This document shows positions 1-10,760 of a stretch of 64,000 bases of DNA, piece by piece. The DNA is taken from positions 59,458,001 to 59,522,000 of the forward strand of contig OZ038378.1 of assembly GCA_964036045.1 (NCBI GenBank), read 5' to 3'. A program made the translations under genes and the position numbers. The notes beneath the pieces were generated by a model. It did no database searches. It was given only the letters and a program-made list of their open reading frames with translations, and was not told the origin of the DNA. The DNA is from Eutreptiella sp. 'Long Island Sound 2002'. Taxonomy: Eukaryota; Protista; Euglenida. Position 1 is the first letter of the stretch. The number at the start of each line of letters is the position of its first letter.

Positions 1-372
1 CGCAGCCCCATCAGTTCATGTTTCAGGTGCTTGCTCTGCTTCACTCGGTCACTTATGGCAATGAGACAGTGCAGCTGGGTCCGTGTCCATACATCCAACA
101 TCCGTCCGATTGGGTCCCAGGGGCCAATACCCAGCTCGCAGTAGGCAGTGCACCGGCATATGGGACGCCGCAGCAGGTACCACTGTGGTTGATATGGGCT
201 CTGCTGTCTGCCACTAGACCAAGTTCCTTGAGTCCTGTGGCTCACGTTCTGGGCTATCAACCGCTGGTGACCGTGGCACTCTGGAGGCGCACAGTACCAG
301 ATGTCTGGGTTGCAATGTGTGCTGAAGGTGAAGGACCACTAGTGGACGAGGCGCCACATAGGAGATCAAAGG
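1..372 (+). mobile_element. Truncated second copy of the LINE 3' coding region (near-identical to 7107-7478)
   Basis: Matches 7107-7478 at offset 7106 with few substitutions. It breaks at GGAGATCAAAGG, where TTTGAGG repeats begin, and runs off the left edge of the window. Confidence 0.85.
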
Positions 373-1951
373 TTTGAGGTTTGAGGTTTGATTTTGCGGG
401 TACTAGACGCCTTTCGGCCCCGGGGGGCCACCTGGTCGGGCCAGGTGATATCCTCCCCACCCGGTCCTAGTGGGGGGCCCTCCAAGACGCACCTCCTGCC
501 TGGTGGCGGAGTCCCCCGGGTTCACAGACCTCGGAGCCCCGTCCTTCCCCGGCGTCCCCGTTTCGCCACTCCCCGGTCAGTGCATCAATTCGCAGCCGTG
601 GCTGCGGGCGCTTACCCACTGCGTCGCCCCCCTAATGCGTGGTCGCCCGGGGCGCCGGCACCGCCGGGCCCGTGCTACTGGCTTGTCGCCAGTGGGACCC
701 CCTTGGGCTGGCGCGGAGGCTGCCTAGCCTAGGGGTTGGGGCGTGGCGCTGTGCGCCACTACTGCCTTGGCGGGTGCAGTGTCCCGTCTGTGTGTGCTCG
801 GCGCTCCCAGCCGGTTCGGGGGGGTTCGGGCCGGTGCCTGGTGTTGTGTCTCCCCTTCTTCCCCCTTCCCGCCCCGCGTGTTCCGCGCTGCGTGTGGCGG
901 GCTGTCCCGTCCGGGTGTCCCTTACCCTCGCTCGCTGGTACGCCATTCCATGCGGTCTGTGCGTTCCGCGCGCTCGGTCCGGTTGCCCTTCCGGTGGTCC
1001 CCGCGTGTCCTTTTCGTGTGTGTGCGCTCGCGCTCTTGCGGTGTCCGCTCCCCGCTGGGTGGTGTGGCGCGCGCATCTCGCGTGGTCCCGGCACTGGGCG
1101 CTGGTAGGGCCGTTCCACGTGGTCCGTGCCCCTCCGCGTGTCCTGCCCTGGTCCCGTGCTCCGTCTGGCGTGCTTGGGGGGGGGCGGCCCGGTCCCGGTT
1201 CCCCCCTACTTGGCTTGGGGTCGTGGGGGCGGCGGCAGGGCGCCCCCGGGGGGGCGCCTTCGACCGTTGCGTGGGGCGTTTCGGGTCTTGCGCTCCTCCT
1301 CCCCCGACTGCCCGTCCACTGGGTGGGCTGCCGGGGTCCGCGTTGTGGGCGCGGGCGTGCGGTTGTGGGGGCCCCGCTCTGTTCCGGTGGGGGGGGAGAG
1401 AGGTGTCGACTTGGTGTCCAGGCGCCGGTCCGCCGGAGTCCCATGACGAGCCCGATGCGCACGGAGCTTCGCCCTGCAGGATGCGAGGGGGGGTTGGGGT
1501 GACCGTGGCTGGTGTGGTGCACCAATGTTCCGGTTCATGGCCCTGCAGAGCACCCCTACTGCAGGCTGACACTTAGCACAGGGGGAGGGGGTTGCGGGCG
1601 CGTTTGTTCTGTGACCCGGGTGCCAGTGTATCTCAGAAGGCAGCCGCCCTGGAGGTAGCGCAGCCGGCGCGCGCGGCGAAGGAGCTGGTTCGAACCCCGT
1701 GACCGGTGGTCTCCCACCGATCCCTTCGAATACCGGACAAGGCCTCCCGTCGACCTGTTCGAGTACAGGTGACGGTGCGCACTGCTGCAGGGGTGGGTGG
1801 CTCCCATGTGTTTTGTTTTTCTAGGGTGGGGGGTAAAACGAACGAGACCTCCACCCGATCCACCGGTATCGGTGGTGGCACGAGTTGCTGGAGGGGGGGG
1901 TGGTTCCCACGTCGCCAACTAGAGAGCTCTACGTGCAGGGATGCCAGGAGC

Positions 1952-2023
1952 ACCAACGCCTGGGATCGAACCCCCGCACTGGACGATTGAAGACCTACGC
2001 TCTCACTACTGGGCCGCGGGAGT
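1952..2023 (-). ncRNA. Degenerate tRNA-like sequence (possible SINE head), not a functional tRNA
   Basis: Minus strand has an A-box-like CGGCCCAGTAG and a B-box GGTTCGATCCC at canonical tRNA spacing (41 nt from position 8 to the T-stem). The anticodon stem does not pair. Confidence 0.4.
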
Positions 2024-2284
2024 CTCTTACGCGACTTAGGGGTGCCGTTGGCTATGAATCCAGTCCCGAGGGTGGGGCCGTGCGTTGTGAAGCGTGTTGC
2101 GCGTGCCGGGAGGCCCCAGTCTACGTGCACGGGGCCGGGACAGGGGGGGAGGGGGCTGGGTGGGGTGCGGCACCGTCGGATCGCCGACTGACGTGTACAG
2201 GGGTAAGAGGCGGACAGTAGCACCGCCGGATCGCCGACTGACTGTAGGGCGGGGGTTCGCTCTGCCTCTTATCGTCCCTCTGCC

Positions 2285-4505
2285 TTCCCTGGGCAGGCAA
2301 CAAAGCGGGCGTCACTGGCGTTGTGCTGTCCATGGGGGGCGTGGCCCCCCATACCACTCCGGTTCGTGCTCACCCGGCCTCTCCGGGTACGTTCTGTGCG
2401 GCGTCCCGGTGCGCAGGCGTGGGCCCGCTTGTTCTTCGCGGCCCCCATGTGAGCCGGCGGCTGGAGCGGGGGGGCGGGTCACACTCCAGCTCCCCTCTCG
2501 GGTGGGAGGGGCCCATCCTCCCTGCCTCCGGGGGTGGGGGCCGGGGCCCCCGCGGCTGGCGGGCTGGTGGGGGGGCGGGGGGGGGGTGTCGCGCCGCGGC
2601 CTCCCTGCTCTCGTTCCGGGCGGCGGCCTGCGGTACTCCTTTCTGGCTCTCTCCGTGTCGCTGGCGCGCTCCCTTCCGGCGCGCGCGTGCGGTCGGGGTT
2701 GAAGTGCCGCCCCGGGGTGGGGGGGGGTGAGGGGCGGCCCGTGGACCGCTCCCCTGGGGGCCCCAGCTGACCTGCAAACCCCCCCTCTGTCACGTCGGAG
2801 TGGGCTGTGGTTACGGGAGGGTCATGTGGGGCACGGCCTCCTTCGTGTTCCGTTGTGCGCGTTGCTCCGGCACGCCGGTGTGGGTTCGCGGGAGCAGGTC
2901 CAGCCGCCGCTGCCCTTACCGTGTCGCCGTTCCTCCTGAGGGTGGGGGCGCCCCCCCGGCCCTGGGGGGGCGGAGGGCCGCGCCTGTGGCTCCCCAGCTG
3001 GGGTGGGTGCGGGGGGGGGTCGGGGGGGCCGCCCCCCCCCCGCCCGCTCTCGGGCCTGTGTGGGAGGGGGGGGGGGAGTGGGGGGGGGCCTTTGGTCCCC
3101 TGGCGATGCCTCCTGTCGGCCAAGGGGGGGGGGGGGCGGCTTGGCAGTCCTGGCCCCGGGGGCCAGCCATCGGCCAGGGGGTCGCGCCCTTCCCCTGCCC
3201 CCCTCTACCGAGACCTGGATTCTCGCGCAGGCCCTCTCTGGGGCTCCTCAACCCCCCGGCCGTTGTCGCGCTGCGCTGGCCGGCCGGGGGTGGCCATGAG
3301 GGTTAGCGGTCAGTGGTTAGCGGGCTGCGGGGCAGCAGGTTTCCCCCCGTGCTTGTTGTCTCCGCACTCCCTCCCGCGGGAGGTGGCGCGCCGCTTTCCC
3401 TGGGTAGGCAACAAAGCGGGCGTCACTGGCGTCGTGCTGTCCATGGGGGGCGTGGCCCCCCATACCACTCCGGTTCGCGCCCACCCGGCTCCTCTGGGCA
3501 CGATCTGCGCGGCGTCCCGGTGCGCAGGCGTGGGCCCACCTGTTCTTCGCGGCCCCCATTTGAGCCGGCGGCTGGGGCCGGGGGGCGGGTCACACTCCGG
3601 CTCCCCTCTCGGGCGGGGGGGGGTCCCTCCCCCCTGCCCCGGGGGGTGGGGGCCGGGGCCCCCGCGGCTGGTGGGCTGGTGGGGGGGCGGGGGGGGGGGG
3701 GTCGCGCCGCGGCCTCCCTGCTCTCGTTCCGGGCGGCGGCCTGCGGTACTCCTTTCTGGCTCTCTCCGTGTCGCCGGCGCGCTCCCTTCCGGCGCGCGCG
3801 TGCAGTCGGGGCTGAAGTGCCGCCCCGGGGTTGGGGGGGGTGAGGGGCGGCCCGTGGACCGCTCCCCTGGGGGCCCCATCTGACCTGAAACCCCCCCTCT
3901 GTCACCTCGGAGTGAGCTGTGGTTACGGGAGGGTCATGTGGGGCGCGGCCTCCTTCCTGTTCCGTTGTGCGCGCTGCTCCGGCACGCCGGTGTGGGTTCG
4001 CGGGAGCAGGTCCAGCCGCCGTTGCCCTTATCGCGTCGCCGTTCCTCCTGAGGGGGGGGCGCCCCCCCGGCCCTGGGGGGGCGGAGGGCCGCGCCTGTGG
4101 CTCCCCTGCTGTGGTGGGTGCGGGGGGGGGGGGGTGGGGGGGCCGCCCCCCCGCCCGCCCTCGGGCCTGTGTGGGGGGGGGGGTGGGTGGGGGGGGGCCC
4201 TTTGGTCCCCTGGCGATGCCTCTCGTCGGCCGGGGGGGAGGGGCGGGGGCGGCTTGGCAGTCCTGGCCCCGGGGGCCAGCCATCGGCCAGGGGATCGCGC
4301 CCTGCTCCCGCCCCCCTCTATCGAGAGCCGGATTCTCGCGCAGGCCCTCGCCGGGGCCCCTCATCCCCCGGCCGTTGTCGCGCGGCGCTGGCCGGCCGGG
4401 GGTCGCCGTGAGGGTTAGCGGTCAGCGGTTAGCGGGTTGCGGGGCAGCAGGTTCCCCCCCGCGCTCGTTGTCTCCGCACTCCCTCCCGCGGGAGGTGGCG
4501 CGCCC
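2285..4505. repeat. GC-rich direct tandem duplication, about 1.11-kb unit, 2 copies
   Basis: Anchors recur at about 1110-bp offset: GGCAACAAAGCGGGCGTCACTGGCG (~2295/~3405), GTGGTTACGGGAGGGTCATGTGG (~2805/~3920), GAGGGTTAGCGGTCAG (~3298/~4410). Many G-runs vary in length between copies. Confidence 0.85.
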
Positions 4506-4592
4506 TCGTACGTTGTGCCATACCGTGGGGGGGGCGTAGGTCGGGGGGCCCAGCCCCCCTCCCCAACTCTCCCGTACCCGCCGTCTGGGCCT

Positions 4593-5612
4593 TCACCTGC
4601 GCCGCCGCTTGTGTGGGGGCTGGGGCTGCGGCGGCGGCGGGTTGTGCCGGCGGTAGCGCCAGTGGGCGAGGGCGCTACGCAAAGCCCGGGGGAGCCAGTT
4701 GTTGGCGTCCGCATCCGTGATGCGGAGCACCGCTCCCCCTTCCAGGAAGGCCGGCCACGTCGGCTCCCTGTCGGGCCACGCCGCCCGGATCACTGACCTG
4801 AGGACCCTCTCGTGGTCCTCTGGGGCCGCCCACCCCCCCGGGGGTGCCTCTCGGTTTCCTCCGTCCCTCCGGAGGAGCACGGCATCGAAGGGCCGGTTCC
4901 TCGACCTCCTGGAGGTCCCCTGGTTGGCCCAGCACAACCACCCGTACACTTCCCCCACCAGGAGGAGGGTCTCCTCCCCCAGAGGGTCCGGGACCGCGCC
5001 CCAGTCCCGGTCCCATGGCCGGCCCTCCTCCGCCCCCCGTGCCGGCTCCCCTCGCTGCCCCTGCGCCTGCGGCGCCGATGCCGCGCCCCGCCCCCCCTCC
5101 GCCGAGGCCATCCGCGCCGGCTCCGCCCTCGGCGCGGGGGGGGCTTGCTGGTGCTGGTGTCGTGGGGGTTGGGGGGGGACGAGCTCACCGGCGTCAGGGT
5201 CGATGTTGTAGAGGTGGTGGTGGTGGTGGTGGTGGTGGTGGTGGGTGTGGTGTGCCGGCATCTGTTGGATGCCAGGGGGGATGCACCTCACCGGCTGCAC
5301 GTCCGGCTGCGGGGGCGCTCCGCCCTCTGCCCCCCTCCCGTCGCCCCGCCCTCCTCCCCGGGCTCCCATGCCCCGTCCCGCCTGTCCCTTGGGGCCCGCC
5401 GCGCCCTTGCCCTTGCCCTTGGGCCCCTTTCCAGCCCCATGCCCGTGTCGCGGGTCCCGCCTCCCGTCCCCCTCGCCCTGGCCCGCTCGCTCTCCCACCC
5501 CCCCTCGTCCTGCCCCCTGCACCTGGGTTCCCTTCCCGCGCCCCTGAGCGCCCTTCCCGTGCCCTGGCCCCTCCCCGGCTATATACGTGGCCAGTTTCGG
5601 TTCATGTGGCAA
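4593..5612 (-). CDS. Low-complexity ORF (GK-rich, poly-His, Trp-containing C-terminal segment), possibly a repeat-borne ORF1 fragment
   Basis: 339-codon ORF. The poly-His comes from a (GGT)n tract at ~5213-5250. The C-terminal part (GEVYGWLCW...LAHWRY) looks non-random, but long ORFs arise by chance in this GC-rich DNA. Confidence 0.25.
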   Translation of the reverse strand: MPHEPKLATYIAGEGPGHGKGAQGRGKGTQVQGAGRGGVGERAGQGEGDGRRDPRHGHGAGKGPKGKGKGAAGPKGQAGRGMGARGGGRGDGRGAEGGAPPQPDVQPVRCIPPGIQQMPAHHTHHHHHHHHHHLYNIDPDAGELVPPQPPRHQHQQAPPAPRAEPARMASAEGGRGAASAPQAQGQRGEPARGAEEGRPWDRDWGAVPDPLGEETLLLVGEVYGWLCWANQGTSRRSRNRPFDAVLLRRDGGNREAPPGGWAAPEDHERVLRSVIRAAWPDREPTWPAFLEGGAVLRITDADANNWLPRALRSALAHWRYRRHNPPPPQPQPPHKRRRR

Positions 5613-7935
5613 GGGCGGTCATCAATGGGCTGGTGACCAATCGCATGATATATCCATCGGTGGTCAATATCCCACCAGAACTGGTTTGCCATGCCATGGA
5701 GGGTACCATTAGCCGTACATACCGCTCGACCTTTGGCCTGCCGCCGAGAACGCCGCGCTCTGCAGTGTATGAGGTGGTCCAGGATGACCTTCTGGATGCC
5801 AAGTTGTGAGCTACCGTTATCATTGAGCTGTTGAAGACCCTGAATAGCACCAATCACCTGCTCCGTATGGCTCTGTGGGAGCACTGGCTGCAGCCGTCGC
5901 TACATCGCCTGGACTTGGACATGAACAGAATCAAGGATCGACTGCGAGCAATGAACATCACATTGGTATCAGTACAACGGGACAGTTGGGTGGCTCAAGG
6001 ACTCACCATTAACTCCAGCGGCCCGCCTGAGGGTGCATTGTATGTCTTTGGGGATACCAGCCTGAGGAGCACCTGGGGAGGTGCAGTGCAAGTGCGAGAT
6101 GCCAAAGGTAGGGTATACATCAGTATGGTGGTACACATGTCGGCCCAGGGTCTCAGTACCAAAATTGTGGAGGCCACTATGATTATCTCTGGCATCATGG
6201 CGATGGATACACGGCTGGGCAGATTGGGTCTCAGTGAGTGGGAGGTATGGTGCTGGTCCGATTGTTTACTGGCAGTTCAGTCCGCCAGGTCTGGTAAAAT
6301 TCAGGACATGGGCACCAGCATCGCCGACCGACTAGTAATTAGGGCCAACACTACGAAACACTCGAGAGTGCACTGGGGCTGGTGCCCTGCACAGCACGAT
6401 TCGGGGGCGGAAGACTGGATCTCCTTGGCCAATCGCGAAACGGATGCCCTCGCGCGAAGAGGAGCTGAAGGTGCGGGGTTGTTGTGGACAGCACCGGAGG
6501 CTTGGCTGGACTACACCACCGTGTTTCCTGTACAGGCAGGTCGGCTGGTGCTGAACGTCAAGAGCTTGCTGTACAGTGAAGGTAAGTCCCATGTGCGGTG
6601 CAGGTCTCATCACTCGCGAATGATCAGTCAACACACATGGTCCCTTGTGCAGCAGGAATCCGTGGAGGCCAACCGACAATGGGCGAAGGTACAGCCTCTC
6701 AATATCAAGGAGTGGGGCTTTCTGAGGTCCTGGATGTTATATCCGGAAGTGGAGGCCTGGGAAGTGGACAAGCTGGACATGCCCTGCGGTGAGTGTGGGC
6801 TTTGGAGTCCGTCAGTCCGTGTGCATCAGCTGCATGAGTGTTTACGCACCAAATTGCGTGTTCTGGCCTGGGTACGCGAAGTTATGTCTCTGGGGATGGA
6901 ATTCAGATTTCCCAGACAGCGCCTTTGCCCGCGCTGGGGCAAGTTGACTGTGGCGGGCAAGCAGTCTCTTCATATTGTCTGGTCCCACCCCTCACGGGTG
7001 GCTGCAGTACATGGCATGGTATCTCCATCTGACAAAGTATGGGCTGTATGGCTGGGAGCTGGGCTCCCGAAAGGCATAGTTACGGTTCTGGCGCGCTTGG
7101 GCATGCCGCAGCCCCATCAGTTCATCTTTCAGGTGCTTGCTCTGCTTCACTCGGTCACTTATGGCAATGAGACAGTGCAGCTGGGTCCGTGTCCATACAT
7201 CCAACATCCGTCCGATTGTGTCCCAGGGGCCAATACCCAGCTCGCAGTAGGCAGTGCACCGGCATATGGGACGCCGCAGCAGGTACCACTGTGGTTGATA
7301 TGGGCTCTGCTGTCTGCCACTAGACCAAGTTCCTTGAGTCCTAAGGCTCACGTTCTGGGCTATCAACCGCTGGTGACCGTGGCACTCTGGAGGCGCACAG
7401 TACCAGATGTCTGGGTTGCAATGTGTGCTGAAGGTGAAGGACCACTAGTGGAGGAGGCGCCACATAGGAGATCAAAGGGGCGCACTGTGTACTGGGTGCT
7501 GGTGGGCCGAATTGTGCAGTGGGAAGGAGTGAAGGTTCAGGGAGATCTGGCGTGCATGCAGCTCTGCGTGCCTTGCGTGCTGCCTATTATGCTACTCAGC
7601 ACAGGTCATCACAGCTTGAAAGGGGTTCCACCAGAGTTTCTGGTGTCGGCCCTCTCGTGTCTGCAGGCAGCGTGAACCGGCAGTGGGAAGAGCGCGGCAT
7701 GGAGCCCAGGCCGTTCATGCGATGAGATCACGTGATGCAGAAGGCCTGGAACCCTCAACAACGTGGGCAGCATGGAGATCGACGGCAGCAGCATGGTCGC
7801 TTCGATCAACCAGATGATATCTGGCCAGACGACCGTAACGTGGGGTTTAGGCGCTTCCGCTGAAGCTTTGTGAGCTCTATATTATGCAGGCTGCCTGTTA
7901 TCTGCCAGTTATCTGCAGCCTGTTATCTGCAGGGC
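5586..7935 (+). mobile_element. 5'-truncated non-LTR (LINE) retrotransposon: RT thumb remnant, RNase H, Cys/His motif, short-repeat 3' tail
   Basis: Frame opens near 5590 with RT thumb-like NRMIYP...TFGLPPRTPRSAVY and has an in-frame TGA at 5807-5809. 3' tail of TTATCTGC repeats at ~7895-7932. Confidence 0.7.
5831..7675 (+). CDS. LINE ORF2 C-terminal part: RNase H domain plus CxxC...H...C zinc-binding motif
   Basis: RNase HI motifs LYVFGD, EATMI, WCWSDCLLAV, HWGWCPAQH, NRETDALARRG, followed by CGECGLWSPSVRVHQLHEC. Confidence 0.75.
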   Translation: MKTLNSTNHLLRMALWEHWLQPSLHRLDLDMNRIKDRLRAMNITLVSVQRDSWVAQGLTINSSGPPEGALYVFGDTSLRSTWGGAVQVRDAKGRVYISMVVHMSAQGLSTKIVEATMIISGIMAMDTRLGRLGLSEWEVWCWSDCLLAVQSARSGKIQDMGTSIADRLVIRANTTKHSRVHWGWCPAQHDSGAEDWISLANRETDALARRGAEGAGLLWTAPEAWLDYTTVFPVQAGRLVLNVKSLLYSEGKSHVRCRSHHSRMISQHTWSLVQQESVEANRQWAKVQPLNIKEWGFLRSWMLYPEVEAWEVDKLDMPCGECGLWSPSVRVHQLHECLRTKLRVLAWVREVMSLGMEFRFPRQRLCPRWGKLTVAGKQSLHIVWSHPSRVAAVHGMVSPSDKVWAVWLGAGLPKGIVTVLARLGMPQPHQFIFQVLALLHSVTYGNETVQLGPCPYIQHPSDCVPGANTQLAVGSAPAYGTPQQVPLWLIWALLSATRPSSLSPKAHVLGYQPLVTVALWRRTVPDVWVAMCAEGEGPLVEEAPHRRSKGRTVYWVLVGRIVQWEGVKVQGDLACMQLCVPCVLPIMLLSTGHHSLKGVPPEFLVSALSCLQAA

Positions 7936-8265
7936 GGTCGCTCATATATTTGACAGCAGAGAGCACAGTGGTGCGTAGCTGGTGGTGGGATTTTCCATTT
8001 TATTAGGTTTCTGAGATTAGATCAGTCAGTTTGAGAGCACGGCCTGATATGGCCCTGCTGCAAGAATATATTGGCGTCCTCCACATCAGCCCTCGACCAA
8101 TTGCTGCTTGAGGACTGAATTACTCGTTGGGAGGTGGCTAGCCAGTTAGAGAGGCATGAGGCATGGTTGTCAACATACCTTCAGATTTGACAAGGACTCA
8201 ATTCACGTTATGGCAATTGCGAAGCAATAAATACACTCAGTGATTTCTTGAATGTGATGGAGGAT

Positions 8266-10760
8266 TCAAAAATGTGCAGCAGTGTTTTGTCGGTGGGTTG
8301 CATTGGATTCGAGGGAAGGATGCAGCAAGGTGCAGAAAAGAGCAGAGATACGAAGGTGAGCTTGCGGTACGGTATGGTAAGGTGCAGGTACAAAAGCCTT
8401 GAAGTGAGTAGTCCGAAAGGGAACCGGTCGCACCGGCAAACAACGACAACCTCCAATCCAATCCAATCCCTCCTCGTCTTCAGCCTCCCCCCCCTCCTCC
8501 TCTTCGGTCTCCTCCACCTCCTCCTCTTCGGCCTCCACCCCCTCCTCCTCTTCGGCCTCCTCCCCCTCCTCCTCTTCGGCCCCCTCAACCCCCTCTCCCC
8601 CCACAAAAACATGGTCGCCCTCGAAATACCGCAGGCGCTCCTCGTAGTGAGCGATGTTGTCGGGCGACGACTCACGTGGGCGGAGCCGTTCCCCCCCTTG
8701 GTACACCTCCTCCGCGTGTTGGTGCGCCGGCACCCTCACGTCCCCCAAGTCTCCCTTGTCCCAAAAGATGTTGCGCACCGCCCGGCTCAATGGGTGCGCA
8801 AGGGGCAGGAGGAGCTCGCAGGGCACCTCCCACTCCCCCTCCTCGTTTGCCCATGCGGGCAAACCCTGCTCTTCTCCGTCCTCTGCGACCTTGACGGTTG
8901 CGAAGTCAGAAATTCCGGAAAAAAAAATTTCTGGTTGGCCCTCCCCCCACTCCCGGAACATTGCGGAGTGTTCCGGCCTCTATTTGGTGTTCTTTTTGGA
9001 GTCCCAAAAAGAGCTAATGGTGACTTGAGGGCAATACCATTGCCCCATGAAGGTATTGCCCTCCTCGTCACCCACAACCACCGCCGGGGGTTCCCATGTG
9101 GGGGGCAATGTGCCACCCGCGCGAACCCCGCGGCGCGACCTCGCGAAAGGGGGGTCCCTGGCAGACCCGGCGCACGATGAACGGTTCGCGCGGGCCCGTG
9201 CTTTGGGGGCGGGGAACCACGGCCTGCAAGACCTTGACGTTAGCGTCGAAGGTCTCCCCCACAGTGAACGGGACGAGCTCGCGGTCCTTGGGGTCGGCGA
9301 TGGCCAGCACCTCATCATTCTTCATCGTGCTGACCAATGCTGCAAAAAGGATTCATGCAGTAAGGTGTGCCAACGACAAGAAGCGTGCTCCCTAACCCCA
9401 CTGCAAGCTCGTGTCACCTAACCCAAGCAACACCAAAACCCACTCCTAAACATATATGGGCCCGTAATGGGCCATTGCTAAGACCCCAAAGACGAGAGGT
9501 GCGCTCCCAAATGCCACTCCAGGCTTGGGTCACCAAACCCAAACAACATCAAAACCCGCTTCTATACATATATGGGCCCCTAATGGGCCAGTGCTAAGGC
9601 CTCAAAGACGAGAGGCGCGCTCCAAAACCCCACTCCAAGCTTGTGTCACCTAACCTAAACAACACCAAAACCCGCTTCTATACATATATTTTCCGGTATT
9701 GGGCCGTTGTCACGTCACGGCAAAGAGGATGGGAAAGGCACATACGTGACTCCTTTCGTTTCGCTGCTTCCGCACGGTCCTTGGCTTCCCGGCGCTCTTT
9801 CATCTTCCGAATGACCTCCTCCGCACCCTTTCTCCCTAAACAAACCAACCAACAAATGCACAATGTGCGGGAGAAAAGAGGGGCAAACAAGAAAAAATGC
9901 ACAATTAACACAAAAAGGATAAGCAAACAAGTGACGCCACCACGGGGATACCTCGCTCGCCTGGCATCTTGGGTGCACCCTCGGCGCGCGGCTTTAGCGA
10001 ACGGCGTCTCTCTTCCCAGTCCTTTATCCTCTGCTCCATTGCTGCTGTAAACAAGGGTTGACGGTGAACGAACGGAACCATGTAACACATGCCATGGTCC
10101 TATGGTGCGTAGCGGTGCATACCACATTCCGCCTCGATTTGTGGTTGCGGGGAGTGCTTTGGCGTGCCCGGTGGAGCTGGACTTGGACTGGAACTTGGAG
10201 TGCGAGCAATGTCACCCAAGTGCTGAATCTCAATCTCCTTTTGCCATTGCGCGTTTTGGTTGTCTGGTTGAGGTTCTTCGCGCCATGCCTGATTCCATGG
10301 GTCTTCGGCTTCTTCCATGGGTCTTCCTTCTTGCGCTTCTTCTCCTTCTTCTTTTCGTTGCGCTTGGTGTTAAAGTTGGTGGCGTTGTTGTTGGCCAAGG
10401 CCGTAATACCAATTGATCTGCCACGGGTGGGGCCCGTCAAAGGCGATCTCATCCTCTTCTGCAACACAAAGAATAGGTAGGATGGAGGTAGGATAGAGAA
10501 AGCACACATTGTGCATGAAAATGACGTGAAACGCACAACCAAATCGAAATGTTTGCAACCACATACCATCCGCGGGGGGCCGACCAATATTCCGTAGGAG
10601 TCTCCGCATCCTTCTCGTACGCCTCCTCCGGCAACTAGATTTCCTTCTCCTTCCCAACTTTTCCCTTCCATGGCTTCTTAAATTCTTTGGGGGGCAACAT
10701 ATGAGGGTCGTGGGGCGGCGATGGGGGTACACGGGTGGGTGCGCTGATTGGGTGGGGACC
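8266..10760 (-). pseudogene. Decayed multi-exon gene for a charged (E/K/R-rich) protein
   Basis: Candidate GT-AG introns at 10459-10566, 10045-10122, 9836-9951 and 9340-9745 separate open K/E/R-rich exons. The last exon has an in-frame TAG at 8980-8982, an apparent frameshift and EEEEG repeats. Confidence 0.5.
9397..9690. repeat. About 116-bp tandem repeat, ~2.5 copies, inside a predicted intron
   Basis: CCACT..AAGC..GTCACC.AACC.AA.CAACA.CAAAACCC recurs at ~9397, ~9513 and ~9629. Confidence 0.85.

Noticed and set aside
1952-2023. Functional tRNA-Sec or opal suppressor (TCA at the anticodon position)
   Set aside because: Anticodon and T stems pair poorly, and the long variable arm of tRNA-Sec is absent.
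380-4590. Dozens of overlapping 100-350-codon ORFs on both strands
   Set aside because: Expected from extreme GC content with few stop codons; products are G/P/R/A low-complexity with no motifs.
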